A DNA stretch of 63,924 nucleotides, counting the filler, from Phoronis australis (Eukaryota; Animalia; Phoronida), in the NCBI GenBank assembly GCA_002633005.1. It is 5 parts of 5 records of this genome, joined end to end, with 100 filler letters (N's around TTAATTAATTAA, not from the genome) between each part and the next. Parts side by side here need not be neighbours in the genome. Positions count along the whole stretch, not along the records: positions 22,720 to 43,861 come from NMRA01000395.1; 4 more parts are not named here. One strand, 5' to 3'. Shown here piece by piece: positions 22,976 through 35,800 of the stretch. Position 1 is the first letter of the stretch; the number at the start of each line of letters is the position of its first letter. A program made the translations under genes and the position numbers. The notes under the pieces are model-generated. The model made no database searches and was not told the origin of the DNA. It worked only from the letters and a program-made list of their open reading frames with translations.

Positions 22976-24279
22976 TTAAAGACAAGTATAAATGGTGGCA
23001 TTCTGGAAACGAACATTTGACTGACAAGACCGCAATGGCTCACCTTTGGCCTATTTAACGATTGAGGTCATGAATTCAGATCACCTAGCGAGCGTGCGCA
23101 GTATAAAAATGGTGAGTTCACGATTTTGGGAACTGAAATAGGACTGCTCGAAGAAAAAGTTTGATAATGGGAGTATTTGTTCGAGTTGGAAGGAATTAAA
23201 CACATCGACAACCTCCTCAGGTGTTCCTCTGTGCGCAAAAGGTATTTATAACAACGTGACTTTGATGGTTTAGTCGGTGCGAGGCATAATTCGCCGAAAA
23301 GCTTCCGGCGTACAGAGCGCCTATAGCCTCTGCATCGCCTCTGGTTCGGGCCTTAAGTTTTACACGTTGATTCAAGTTTCACGGCGAGGTGACGAGCAGA
23401 ACTACCCTGGCTGTGTACAATTTCGGGATCTACGGAAGAAATACACACAGTGGTACCTAGCTGTATTTTGATGACAGTCTTCATACAGATAGCTGGCTGG
23501 CTAATTTATATTCTAACTAATCTTTAAAAAACAACTAGCAATAGGGAAGACAACGTTTTTTTATTTGTTTTGCAATACCCATGTGTCCTACATGAAGGTT
23601 TTTATCATTTATGCAACAAAAAACCTTTGTAACAACTTTATTTCGAACAGTGAATTTACGATGCCATTGAACTTCAACGTGGCCGCTCGTGGCGCTGACG
23701 TGCGGCGACTTAATGAACTAACGACTGCTGTTTGAAAAGTGCCAATGTGCAGCAGTTTGACGGAATTTCTGAGTAAGAAATAATTACCAATTAAAAGAGT
23801 GATAAATTCTTCATCAAAAAATTGGGGGGGGGGGTGCATATTGTGCAACTGGAAAAACATCAATCTCCCGACTGATCAAAAGTAGGCCTTCCGGACAATC
23901 GAAAACTCGCCGTGAATACTTGGCCTTGACTTCAAGAAAACAACTTGAGGAGATGCGCACGCATCTAAACTACATCCTGTCCAAGTTTCTTGTTTGTATT
24001 CGAGAGTATAGTGCTCTTTTGGACAGGAGGAACAAGAGACACTTTTTTGAAAGTTAATCGCAAAGCGGAAAATCGTGTGCTAAAAATGCTTACAAGAAAT
24101 GATTTATCAGCGATAATTTGAGACAAAAAGATTACAAACTTACAAATAAAGACTACGGTAATGATTTATAACATAAATAGTTAACTTTGAAGTCTGAAAT
24201 CGGGTAATTTACCGACTTGGGTTTTACACGGAGGCAGATATGGAGCACCGTGACCTACTTTTCGATTGTCCTCCCTACT

Positions 24280-24897
24280 GGCAAACCTTCGGAGAACCTA
24301 AATATTGGACACCATGTTTCCCCATACACCACACCACGAAAAACTGACTAACCAATTAATGGCCGCGGGCACCTTGTAGCCAAATTTCAGCTCGAGTGTT
24401 TTGACATATATGCTTCTAGAACACAGCTCCATTCGCAACAAAATTATCCATAAAATGAAATCTGATGACGTCACGAAGTCGTTTCGATGAATGAGTGCGG
24501 ACAACTAAAGCACGTACAAACTCAGTGAAGTTTTTAGTATCTCTGCCTTCTTGGTATGACACATGCACGTGTGCGGTCGGGGTTTGACTTGAGTTTAAAA
24601 ACAAATGAGAATGAAGCAGTGACATACTGTTAGTTCAATGAGATGATTTCAACTGGTATAACCAATTTATGCGATCGTCCAGTTCAGACCGACTTGGGGG
24701 TCTAAATTGCACCCTCTCTTGGTGAAATCGAAACAAGGCAACGCTGTAAAAAACGAGACGGTGCCACACATATAATGCACTACAACGGAACAAAAATTGG
24801 TGTCATTTAATTCTCAGATTATGCTCTAAGTATTCAAGATTTTATGAAATGTCCCGATATTTAGGGTCCGTCTGATAATTAGGTACACTGTGTGTAA
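24280..24897. mobile_element. Partial inverted copy of the 54665-55490 MITE
   Basis: Long reverse-complement similarity to about 54665-55302. Confidence 0.7.
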
Positions 24898-25994
24898 CAA
24901 GGAAAAAACCGACTGGCCTAAATCAGACATTTTCAAAAATCTTACTTGAAGCAACATCTCAGAAATAAGTGACATGAATTTGCAGTTTTGCGGTGCATTG
25001 CATTCAACATCGGATAATGTTTTCAGAAGCCTCAACTTAGACCGCTTTTAAAGTTGGCCCAAATTGCCATGATGCCCATGGTCAGGCACTGTTGGCCAGT
25101 GGCAGTGCTCAACACTTAGCTTGACGCCAAGTCATATTTGGTGACTGAGTTTGCCAAACAAAATCTAAGCTTGCCAAACCAAAACTGACAGTGACATCAT
25201 AAGGAGAACAGCATTTTTCAAAAATTTTAGAAAATGTGCATGTAATATCATTAGAAAGCTCTCCACGATACTAAGAGAACGATACAAAAAATTTAAATTA
25301 GACCTATGGTTCTGTTGAAAATGTTGTTTTCATGTAAACATATATGGTAAAAATTCAGTCAAATTGAATTTACGAGTTTAAGCTATTATGATTTCAAAAC
25401 TAACTAACGTAGATAGACATGTGATACATCATTTTAAAGGACGTTCTTTGATAAATAATTTGGCAAAAACATTTCAATTGGATATTCCTGTGCGAAGACC
25501 TTAATGTCAATACAGCCGACAAAGAAAAGTCAGTGCATACAATTTTGCAATTTCAAATTGGCATAAAATGATAATTACTCCTAGAAAAAAAAAACAAATA
25601 AGGTATCATGTTAAAGATTTTTCATCAGGAAAGTTGAAATTTGATATGCAAATTGTCGATATTATTTTGCGATTTTTTGTTAACATGCAGTTTGTAACTG
25701 ACTTAAATTTGTCAAAATCAATTGCATTAAATAAAAATTAAAGATAAACAAACATCATTTCAAAAATGTATTGATGACAAGTATGATAAATAGAACCTTT
25801 TAATACAAGATTCTGAAAGACATAATAAATAAAACTTTTACATAAACTTTCCACAACAATGTAATAAAATGAAGACCCTGTCTTGAGCCATCTAGGAATG
25901 TTCATGCTATATAAACAAGTGTATTTACAATCCTAAAGTTGTCTTAAGTGATATGAACACAAAAACGAATCTATGATGGACAGATTACTGTAGT

Positions 25995-26245
25995 TCTTCA
26001 GGCATCTTCATGGAAAGGGGGCCAAACCCTTTCACTGACAATTGACAGTGGAGTGCCCTCAAGTAAACAGACACTCAGTGGAGCTCCTTACACAGACTTG
26101 TAGCATCCTCAAGGAAGGGGGGGGGGGGCCAAACCCTTTCACTGACTACCATGCTTCAGTGGAGTACCTTACACAGACTTGTGGCGTCCTCTTGGAAGGG
26201 GGGCCAAACCCTTTTACTGACTATTGTAAGTCAGTGGAGTACCTA
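25995..26245. repeat. Imperfect ~80-100-bp repeat, 3 copies
   Basis: GGAAGGGGGCCAAACCCTTTCACTGAC..CAGTGGAGT recurs. Confidence 0.75.
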
Positions 26246-28439
26246 TATACAACGTGGAGTTATTCCAGCACTTGGAGATCCCCTTGACCAAAGTCGTCAA
26301 TGAACGGAAAGGTATAGACAGCCTCATCTTTGTCGTAATTGTTATTAAACCAAGACGGATATCCGGGGACCTGAAAGAACTATGATTCATAAATGATTTG
26401 TTGCTACGGCATATAAGCATTATTTGAACAGTGTTATGCACAAATGTTACCACTACTTGGAAATTATGCGCAAGATTTTAACAAACAAAGGTGACATAAT
26501 ATTGTTAAACTGAAAGGTTGCGAAAAGAAAAAAGAAATAGCTAGGTAGGTTATGTCTGTATTTGTCTGACAGTGTCTTGAGCGGTGATGGTGGTGGCAAA
26601 CGGTACTTCTTCGCGGACTCCCCAACGTTATCAGGAGCTGAAAAGCATCGCCTGATGGGCGGAGGGGAGAGCCAAAGAGAAGGAGGCTCAGACTGTGTCC
26701 ATGAGATCATCCAAGTCTGTGACACATGTTGCCTGTCTGTATCACTGACCGCCTTAGGTCTCAGATAACCGACACCCGAATACGATCCTGCCTTTCCAAA
26801 TATGTAAGATGAAGGTTGAGAGAGGCTAGAACCAACTGAATTAACTGATAAAATGCAAGTAGAATCTGTAGAAGCAGGAAAGTAGAAGGATCTGGGCCAA
26901 GAGCTAGAACCAGAGTCTGATGAGACAGAAATGTGAGACGTGATGATGATAATAAACTCAGATAAATAGGAGTGAAATTATAAGAACAAAAATAAAGAAG
27001 AAAATCACTACTGATTTGGTCCCCAGCAGCTTCCAACAAAGCTTACCTGGAAGATATAGACCAGGGTGAGATATATGAACAAAGTAAGCAAACCTCAGTT
27101 GGTTTGTAAAAAACTACATACTTGCTCGTGGTTAGAAAAAAGTTCATTGAAAGCGTGTATATTTTTTATGGTAGTGGACCACTATGTCTTGAAAACACAG
27201 GACTGGAGTAGAACTGAACACCTGAATATTTGTTTAATCTAAAATTAAAATGTTTTCATTTTCTATTTGACATATTCTGGCTTAACTGTTTTGGTCAAGA
27301 AGGCAAAATATGGGTGTGTCCCTGTCTGGCAACAAGCCAACCCAAGTCTCAGTGGCTTGACCAACAAAAATGTGAGGCAAAATAGAAAAAAACCCAAAAT
27401 ATGAGAATCATTGTTCTCACTACTAGAAATGACTGTTTAGTTCTCTTTTACATTGAGTTTTCATCAAGAAAAGTTGAAGTGCTTCAGTATTGTAAACCAA
27501 ACATTCAACGTGATTCGCAGAAGCACTTCTAGCGGCAGTATGTGGAACTACGAAGCGAGTCAGAAGTACACTCGATTGTCAGAAATTGACGAGATGTTCG
27601 TTTGCAACAAGTGTTTGAAATTATAGTTCATAATAAACCCTTTAATGCAGAATACAATTCAAATGTTCGCAAATTAGGCTGTATACCAATAAATTTAGAT
27701 CGAAGTTGAATGTCGTGGGAACAGGCAACTTTTTCAACTTTTAAGTGCAGGAAAGTAAAAATTACTTTACATAATTGTGTTCGTAAGCGTCCCTTCTACA
27801 AACTCGCGAAGTTTCACGTCAAAAGTCGAGAGTTTATTATCTTCTCCTGGGTTGAAAACCAAATAGACATTTTTACCGGCAACCATTTTGCTCTGAAAAA
27901 TCATTTTACGTAGCTGCAAAAACTCGTGCAAAGTATTATTAAACAGATATTGCGACAAAAAAGACTATCAGATAGGTAAAGCAACATATTATTTCATACT
28001 TTAGCATAATTTTTATTCACATTTAATGCATTTTTGAGTGATTTTTTTGCCGATTGTAATGAGGGAATTTAACACGGTGACAGACATGCGAAGTGATTCG
28101 GTAAAGAATGCTGTCCGTGTTAACATCATCACCTAAAAAGTGCATTGTGCGTTTTCAAAAACGCGTACCTCTTCAATTTCTCACATTACAAATTATGTAC
28201 ATCACTCATTCTTCCTGCCATCGAAGAACACAGACGGCCGCATATATTGGAGGTGCATGTTTCATCCATTTTGCTGAACAATTCTGTCTGTTTACTTCCT
28301 AAGCGTGTGTTTGATGTGTGCTGACTGTTGTGGTGGCAAATACACCGATTTCACGAAATAAATGCAATAATTACATCAAAGGTATTTAATCGAGGAAAAC
28401 TGTTTGTAATTTAAACTTTGGAAAAAGCATGAAAATTTT

Positions 28440-29670
28440 GAGACATCCAGTTGAGAAAACCTATCAAGTTTGAGTCCAATACTGGAATAAAAACTCACAA
28501 AAAGTAGCGACGTTGCGTCTGCATCTCACGTACTTCAACTTGGCTTGTGACGTTATCGTTATTCTGGCAAAATGGTGGCGTTTTGGCCAAATGGCGCGGC
28601 ATTGATGTCAGTACACCATCCCATACATGTGACAAATCGAATCTTAAACCACTTCATTAATGAGTTTGACCCTAACATCAAATTTACTCAGGAACCCTGT
28701 AAAGATGTCAAGGTACCGTTTCTTGACTGTTAAGTCTCCATTAAACAGGACAGATCATTTGACACAAAGGTTTACCGCAAGAATACTCACACCGACCACT
28801 ATCTTCAATTTGGCTCGAACCATCCTCTCATCCACAAGCTGGGTGTGATTTGCACTTTGAACCACAGAGCTAACACCATCATTTGTGATCCTTCGACCAT
28901 TTCTGAGGAATTGAATTACACTAAAGATGCTCATGCCAAATGCAGTTATCCACGTTGGTCATTCACCAAAGCAGAAAGATCAGAGAGGTGAAAGTAAACA
29001 CTCAAACAACCACTACTCTGAGTTCTCCTACTCGTGTGGCGAATCCCTACGTCCAGGGTCTTTCTGGCCACCTCAAGAGGACATTTAAACAATTTGACAT
29101 TTCTATCATCCACAAACTGTTTAATTCTCTCCGCAGCCAACTGGTTAATGTCAAGGACAAGACCCCCAAGGTTAACAAATCATGTGTTGTCTATGGTGTC
29201 CGGTGTAAGGATACCCAGTACTCAGACAGTTGCATTGGTGAAGCGAAACAGTCCATTAAAATGCGTATGTCACAACATCGTCGTCCTAGTTACGGGGACA
29301 CTTATGATTTGGCCATTTTAAGTCACCTGTGCGCCACTGGACATGATTTCAAAACTGGTGATGTCACTATCCTAAAGTGTGGGGAAGACTGGTTCAAAAG
29401 TGGTGTAAAAGAAGCTCTCCATGAGCGCATTGAGAGTCCGTCTTTAAATAAAGAAGGCGGTTTAAGATTCAATTTGTCACACGTATGGGATGGTGTACTG
29501 ACGTCAATGCCGCGCCGTTTGGCCAAAACGCCACCAATTGACCAGAATAACGATAATGTCACAAGCCAAGCTGAAGTCCGTGACATGCAGACACAACGTT
29601 GCTAATTTTTGTAAGTTTTTATTCCAGAATTAGACTCAATCTTGATCTGTTCAACCTTGGAAGTCAACAC
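28440..29670 (+). mobile_element. Penelope-like retroelement remnant (RT C-terminus plus GIY-YIG endonuclease) with inverted terminal repeats
   Basis: Frameshifted IKFTQE..PFLD..VYRKNTHTDHYL..HPLIHKLGVI, then VVYGVRC..CIGE..RMSQH and KEALH..PSLNKEGG; about 28440-28652 is an inverted copy of about 29457-29670. Confidence 0.88.
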
Positions 29671-30584
29671 AAACTTTAAGACAAATTTCAGGAGAATTAT
29701 TGTGTGATTTCGATACTCGCAGTGGCGACTTTGTGGTGACTTGAGATCGCCTTCACACAATCTGAGGTCGCATTGGTGATGAGCAGGTCACCATATCGAG
29801 CTCTGTTGAAAATCACATAGAACGGCTGTAAAAGGTGAGCTAACCTCTTTTTCCACAATTAAACATAATAAACTTCCAACCTTCTACTGTTTCCTTTTTC
29901 ATTTGCGTTTAAACTAAAGTCAAATCCTAGCAGCGCGTGTGCGTGTATCATGTGAAGAGTGCAAAAATTCTTCCATTTTGGGCTTGAAGGGGTGCTAACT
30001 AGTCCACATATTGGCTTAGAATTTTGTTGAAGGTTGTGAATCATGAGTGTCATAGCATTCACACGTAATAGGCCTTTTGAAATGGACATACAATGTTAGT
30101 GATAGCAGAATGTCTTTGTGAATCCTGTTCTCAGACATGCAACTGTCACAGTTGGCCTGTGTAACTAAACACAGCCTAACAGAGGGTTTAGGGTCCTGGC
30201 TGAGAAAATAGTTGTTTGAGTAAGTACTCTCCATTTATCCATGAATAGGTAAGCCCCAAATTTCACACTGGGCTGCAATGAGATTTCGTGTGCGTTGGTG
30301 GTGTGCACTGGCTCATTGAAAAACAGTGCATTCATCAAATAACATTTCATAGCTTATTTTGTCGCAAATGAAGCTATGTTTTGGCAGCAAGTATATCAGA
30401 ACACACAAGCTGCAATTTGGCCACAATATGCCCGCATGCCATTGTATGGTCTGTCAATTTTATTTCAGTGTGGTGTATGTGGCAACATGGTGCCTGATTT
30501 TTAGGTTTTCATGAGTTGACACGTGTCATTTTCATTTTCAAGCCTGCGCGACACCAAAATGAGGACGAACTGATAACGGCCGTG

Positions 30585-30611
30585 ATGTTGGAGAACATTG
30601 CCTGTAAAATC
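30585..30611 (+). CDS. Candidate first coding exon of ATP11-like gene (MLENIACKI)
   Basis: Nine codons, phase 0, followed by a weak gtgtgt donor; length parallels the short first exon of vertebrate ATP11B; otherwise unsupported. Confidence 0.25.
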
Positions 30612-32740
30612 GTGTGTTAAAAGTCACGACCGTTATTCCATTAAACTGGGAGTGTGCGGAGTGTGGGCAACCTGGGTTGAGACTTCCAGTTGTCTGCACA
30701 AATCAAGCTTAATTCACTTGGATTTGGTCAGTTGATTAAGGCACTAGGTCCGTGAGTCGGGGGGGTTGCGGGTTCCATTACTGTTAAGAACCAAGAAATA
30801 CTTAATAAATCTTTTTATGTGATATTACAACTGAACATGAGTGATCAAGTCAGGCCAGAATTTGATAGAATAAAGGCAGTGCCCCTTTTTGCTCTCAGAA
30901 TTCTAAGGAGTTGCATGTCAGATGTTTACTACTGTATTCCAACCAATCATTAATGCATCACTTTTAAAATGGTTCAAAGAAGGTTTTAGAACTACTTTAG
31001 TTTTCTTGTGAGAAAAAAGGTTGGCCATAGTAGCGATTTCTTTGTGTCAAAAAACAGGCAACCTGCTTATTGGAATTGAAATATGTGTTTGCTCAAAGGT
31101 AGTCTATTCGGAATATTCATAATAATTATGTTTTTTTCTTGATGCGTTATTGGCAAATGCAAAATATCCTAGTGAATCTTACATCTTCATGATTGCGTGA
31201 CTGTGTTCTGTAGTTGGACCGCTCCCAGCTAACTAGTACTCGTAATGAAAAACATTAAGTTTTGCACACACCATTGGAAAATTGAAGAATTGTTCTTTAA
31301 TAGCTTATGACTGTTACATTTAGGATATAAATATTTGTTCAACGGAATTGACATGCTCCGCATTGATTTATTCCTTGGTCTCCTGGTATTAACATGTTAT
31401 TTGCATTTCATTTGCTCCCAACTGATGAAGCTTACAATTTGTTGTAGCTGTTTTAGGAAGTCATGATAAAGCTCAGTGTCACTTTGACTTTTATTCTAGT
31501 TCTTAGAGTCACATTTTAAGCCATAACAGTTTTGAATATAGTGCATAACATGTATGTGGAGCAAAATTAAATTATTGTTATATTCTTTATATTAAATTCT
31601 TGTGTTTAAAGTGGAACTTGCACGCTAATTCCTTACATCTGTAATTGCTGGGTCAAATTAGTTAGAAACAACATATAGCAATGACGTGAATATGAAGTAG
31701 GTTGCAAATTGCCAAATGTTTCGTTTTGTGTCGAAAGTGATGTGCCGTAAATCACTCAACCATGTCCAGTAAGTATCGTGACGCTGTGTCGGAGAATAAC
31801 ACTGCATGATGCGGATTATGTGAGCCCCGAAGGTATGTCATTAGTGCAAAGGTCACCTGTTTGCAGGATTTTTGGTTTTCACATTTTACAAGCTGTCAGT
31901 GAATCCAACTGCACTTTGTTTAGCATAGATTATATGTTCAAATAGCATTGTCGTTTAGTTCCTGCTATACATTAGCATAGTTAGGAGTATGCAAATACAT
32001 CTTTAACATGATTGTATAGCTTGCAAAATGTTTGAAAACGTTTTGATACATGAAAACTGCCAACACTCACTAGCAGGTGAGAATGAGAACAACTATTTTG
32101 TAATTGAATAAAGTTGTTTCTTTATTATAGGAAAGAAGTCATTTTGCTATCAAAAAGGACTGGAATGTTTTGTGTTTCACTGTTAGCTGTGCTCCCTAGT
32201 GTTAATCGTTTTTTACGTTTGCCTCTAAATCTTCATTAGGAGTTTCTTGGCTTATTCATGAAATTTGTCAAATAGCTGTATTTTAGTGAGACAGCGCCAC
32301 CTAAATTCGGAACAGGTTTGACACATTCTGCGCCATCTAATGGTCATTTTTATGATACTGAAAAAGCCCATAAAAGCACACCATTTGCGGTGCTGTCATG
32401 GTTGCATTTCAATGCTCCTTGTTGTTCTTGTTCCAAAAATCGCCAATTTTCTTCTTTGTCTGTAGTGGCTGAAATCAAGGTGTCATACAATTTAGATAGT
32501 TATGCTTAAAATACTCTGGTATTCTACAAGTAGGATTTATCGTGTCGGGTGATTTGGCTCAACCACAAAGCACTTGGGTTCTTGTCCATGCTTCTTACTA
32601 TAATAATTACTTTTCTTGTTCATTAGGTCCTTTGAAATTGTACTTTCTTTTCATGTAAATATTTTGCTTGGATTCTTTGAGAGGCAGTGCATTGTTTAGA
32701 TTTTTAGCCCTTTTGTAATGGATATTGTATCGTCTTTCAG

Positions 32741-32860
32741 GGTCTTGTGAATCCTCCTCGTCCTGAAAATAGGACAGTCTATGTTGGAGGTCACCCTCCC
32801 TTGACCACGGAGGTGATAATTCCAGAAACATTTCCTGACAACACAGTGATCTCGTCCAAG
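32741..32860 (+). CDS. ATP11: ATP11-like exon ([16 protein letters not shown]...[10 protein letters not shown])
   Basis: 120 nt, tttcag acceptor and gtgagt donor. Confidence 0.9.
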
Positions 32861-35800
32861 GTGAGTGGCCTTATGTGAAGCACGTAGGTGTTGCATACAT
32901 TCTTAATCAATAATTTTAATCAAAATTATTTCGACGTGTCTTTTCAAACTAGATGAAAAGACATGCCTTCCTACTTACAGTCTAAAATTGAAATCATGAG
33001 ATCGGCTAGACAACTAGTACCACAATAAGTTTATTACTGGGCAAAAGATTCAAAATTGTCTCTAACTGCGTATCATGTTTTACTTATTTTGCCTGTGTGC
33101 TACAGAGGCAATTATAGCCACTACTTTTCTGCTTAAACCTTTCATTGTTATTTCCTACGAAAAAGCATGATTATGCAGTATTAAAAGTGCAGATCATGAC
33201 AATCTCAGGTATTTCAAACATGTTTTGCGGCAATTGAAACGTGGAGACAACACCTTTCTACTTGAAATCTGATGTAAATCCCAATTTTTAGTAGTATCCA
33301 GGAAAGTGGCCACCCAGAATTCTTGAGTAAAACTTCGAGAAAATTTAGGAAAATTATTCAAAAATTCCAAGACTAGTAACTAGCGTGTTTGAATGATTAG
33401 GTAGTTGAATAGTGCAGTTTATTTAAAGTCTGAAGGTCACAATTTGATGCCTTTTATACACTGCGAGTATATTTACTGAAATTGTAATCCATATGAATGA
33501 ATAAAGTAACATTACTAAGTCCATATGCTGTCCTTCTGTTCGAAAAATCTGCAGATGATAGTGAACTTTTTCTCACTTTCTTTACTGGGCTTCTAGATGT
33601 CACTGCTAGCAGGTTTCAAAATACGCTAGCCTCATTTTTTTTGTTTTGCCACACCAAAGACTTCCATAGAAATGTGAGACCATCTTGAAAGAATTAGGTG
33701 AAGTTTGACCTTCGTCATTTTTCGCGGGTTGAACAAGTACGGTTTGGAATCGAAGTTTATGAGTAATTTAAGAGCCTGAGTAATGTTAGGTTATAGTGGA
33801 CCCTGGTGTTAAAAACATCAACTTTCATCACCATGCCCTTATCCTTTGTTCAAATTGATATTTGTGTTTTTGATAAATCATCTAGACTTCCCTGACAGAC
33901 CTACTGTCTTTGTGACGGTAATTAACCCAACTTGACTAGTAGTTTAATGAGCCAGGTCAGTTCTTCTCAAGTAAGTAGAGGAGTCAAATTATAAAACAAA
34001 ATTATCCAAAATCAAATGTTTTTGAGAGAAGACGTGGATTTGTTTCTCCTTTAAACATGAGGAAAGTAGCGAATGGTGGACCAAAGGAATGAAAATACAA
34101 TTTTAGAAATTATTTTTGTCTTAAATTGTAAAATGTTTACCCCGCTCTTCCTTTCTCAATTGTGGCGCTGATCACAGGCAAAATTGTATTGTTGGAGAAG
34201 ACTGGAAGAGTTCAGTATTTATTCCAGGAGCTAATGACATGTAATGTCCAATATAAATAGATATAATTGTGTGCATAATTAGTTTACGAACCCATTGATT
34301 GGATCCAGTCTAATGCCTAATTTGTCTGTCTAATGCAACTGGTATTATATTACATCGCCTTGTAATCCCAGGGGGTACTCCCATATAAAAGACATGTGGG
34401 ACGCATGCCAAGTTTTGCCGTTTCTGATGAAATTCCATTCTAAAGAGTTCACTTCTGAGTTTCATATTCTGCAATAAGCTATTTTTTTCAATACACTAAT
34501 TTGCAGAAAGGTTTTTAATTATCGATTTCTGTAAAACTTGTTTACAAATAAAGTTATATTCACTTTTGACAAACGTGGCATATTCTTTTACTGTTTCTGG
34601 CTGAATGTGTGAAAACCTCAACTGCCTAGGAACTCCTACAGAAGGAATAGGTTTTTGGAACCCCACTAAAAGATGGCTTTTAAGGAGGTTCCCTGAAAAT
34701 GGGTCCCTTTTTGATAACACTCTGTGAATGAGTGTGTGTTCTAATTTTCAAGCTGCACCTCATGTCAAAAATACAGCCGAGTCCCCCCCTAGGTATTTGA
34801 TAAGCTATTTCAGTCAATAATCTGGACAATTTTGAAGAAAACAATGTATGGTAATGAAAGTGATTGTAATTCGTGCCTTTGAAAAGTTTGCAAACACCAT
34901 TCACATTTTTTACATTCAGACTTGTTCTGCCAAAAAACCTGATCCCGGTGTCCAATCCTTGTTATCGAAATCAAACTCAAAGTTATTTTTTCCATTTTCA
35001 CAAATTAGATCTGACTATATTCATACTTAACTAAAACAAAAAATGTCAATTATTTATTAAATAATTTTTGTTAAATACAAGAACTGGCGGCCTGCTGTGA
35101 AATTCAATAATATAGAATCTTTTAGTTAGTGAATGAGTTATCTTCTATTTGGTTTTCAGTAAAGATGGTGACCAGTTCAACTATCTGTTGAAGATATCCA
35201 GTAACTGATACCAGCTCTTTAAGCGTGGAATTTATTGATTTATTGCTTAATGTTGAAGTTGATAATCTTGTTTGATTCTCTGTCTCATTAGCATTTGCAA
35301 TATGTGGCCATTTTAAATTTTTGCAGATATTTTTGATGTTTGCCTCTGTTTGCCAAATCACTCAAAGAATCATGAAAATTGACAGTTGTGTTCCTGATAC
35401 AAAGACCTCGGTTGACATTCATTTCCGGATCCGATGTTTTCGTTTATTCTTGTGCCTCTAAAGGCAATTTTGCTTTTTTGTGCTACAGGTACATCTCCAT
35501 AGCCCTTTGAAGAATCTAGTTTGCAAAATTTGGCAGATGGGCTCCTATAGAGATGGCATCAGATGACAATGAGTTTCAGACAAATCTGACTATAGCTGTA
35601 CCCCCTAGTGTCATTTTTTTTACATTTATTTTTATGATACCACAAACAGTCATAGAAGCACACCAGTTGCATTGCTGTCATGGGCGCATTTCAACGCTCG
35701 ACATTGCTCTCGTTCTACTCTTCTGAACTCCACACTTTGCAAATAATGTGGAGAAAATAAAATTCACTCAATTTTCAATTTTCGATATTTTTGCGGAATT

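Noticed and set aside
23388-23410. TGACGAG..GAA as a hammerhead ribozyme core
   Set aside because: Lacks the C of CUGA, the GAAA and stem II; not conserved in the 9900 copy
31800-31838. AAG|GTATGT donor as ATP11 first coding exon
   Set aside because: The phase-0 frame has TGA just upstream; could only be untranslated
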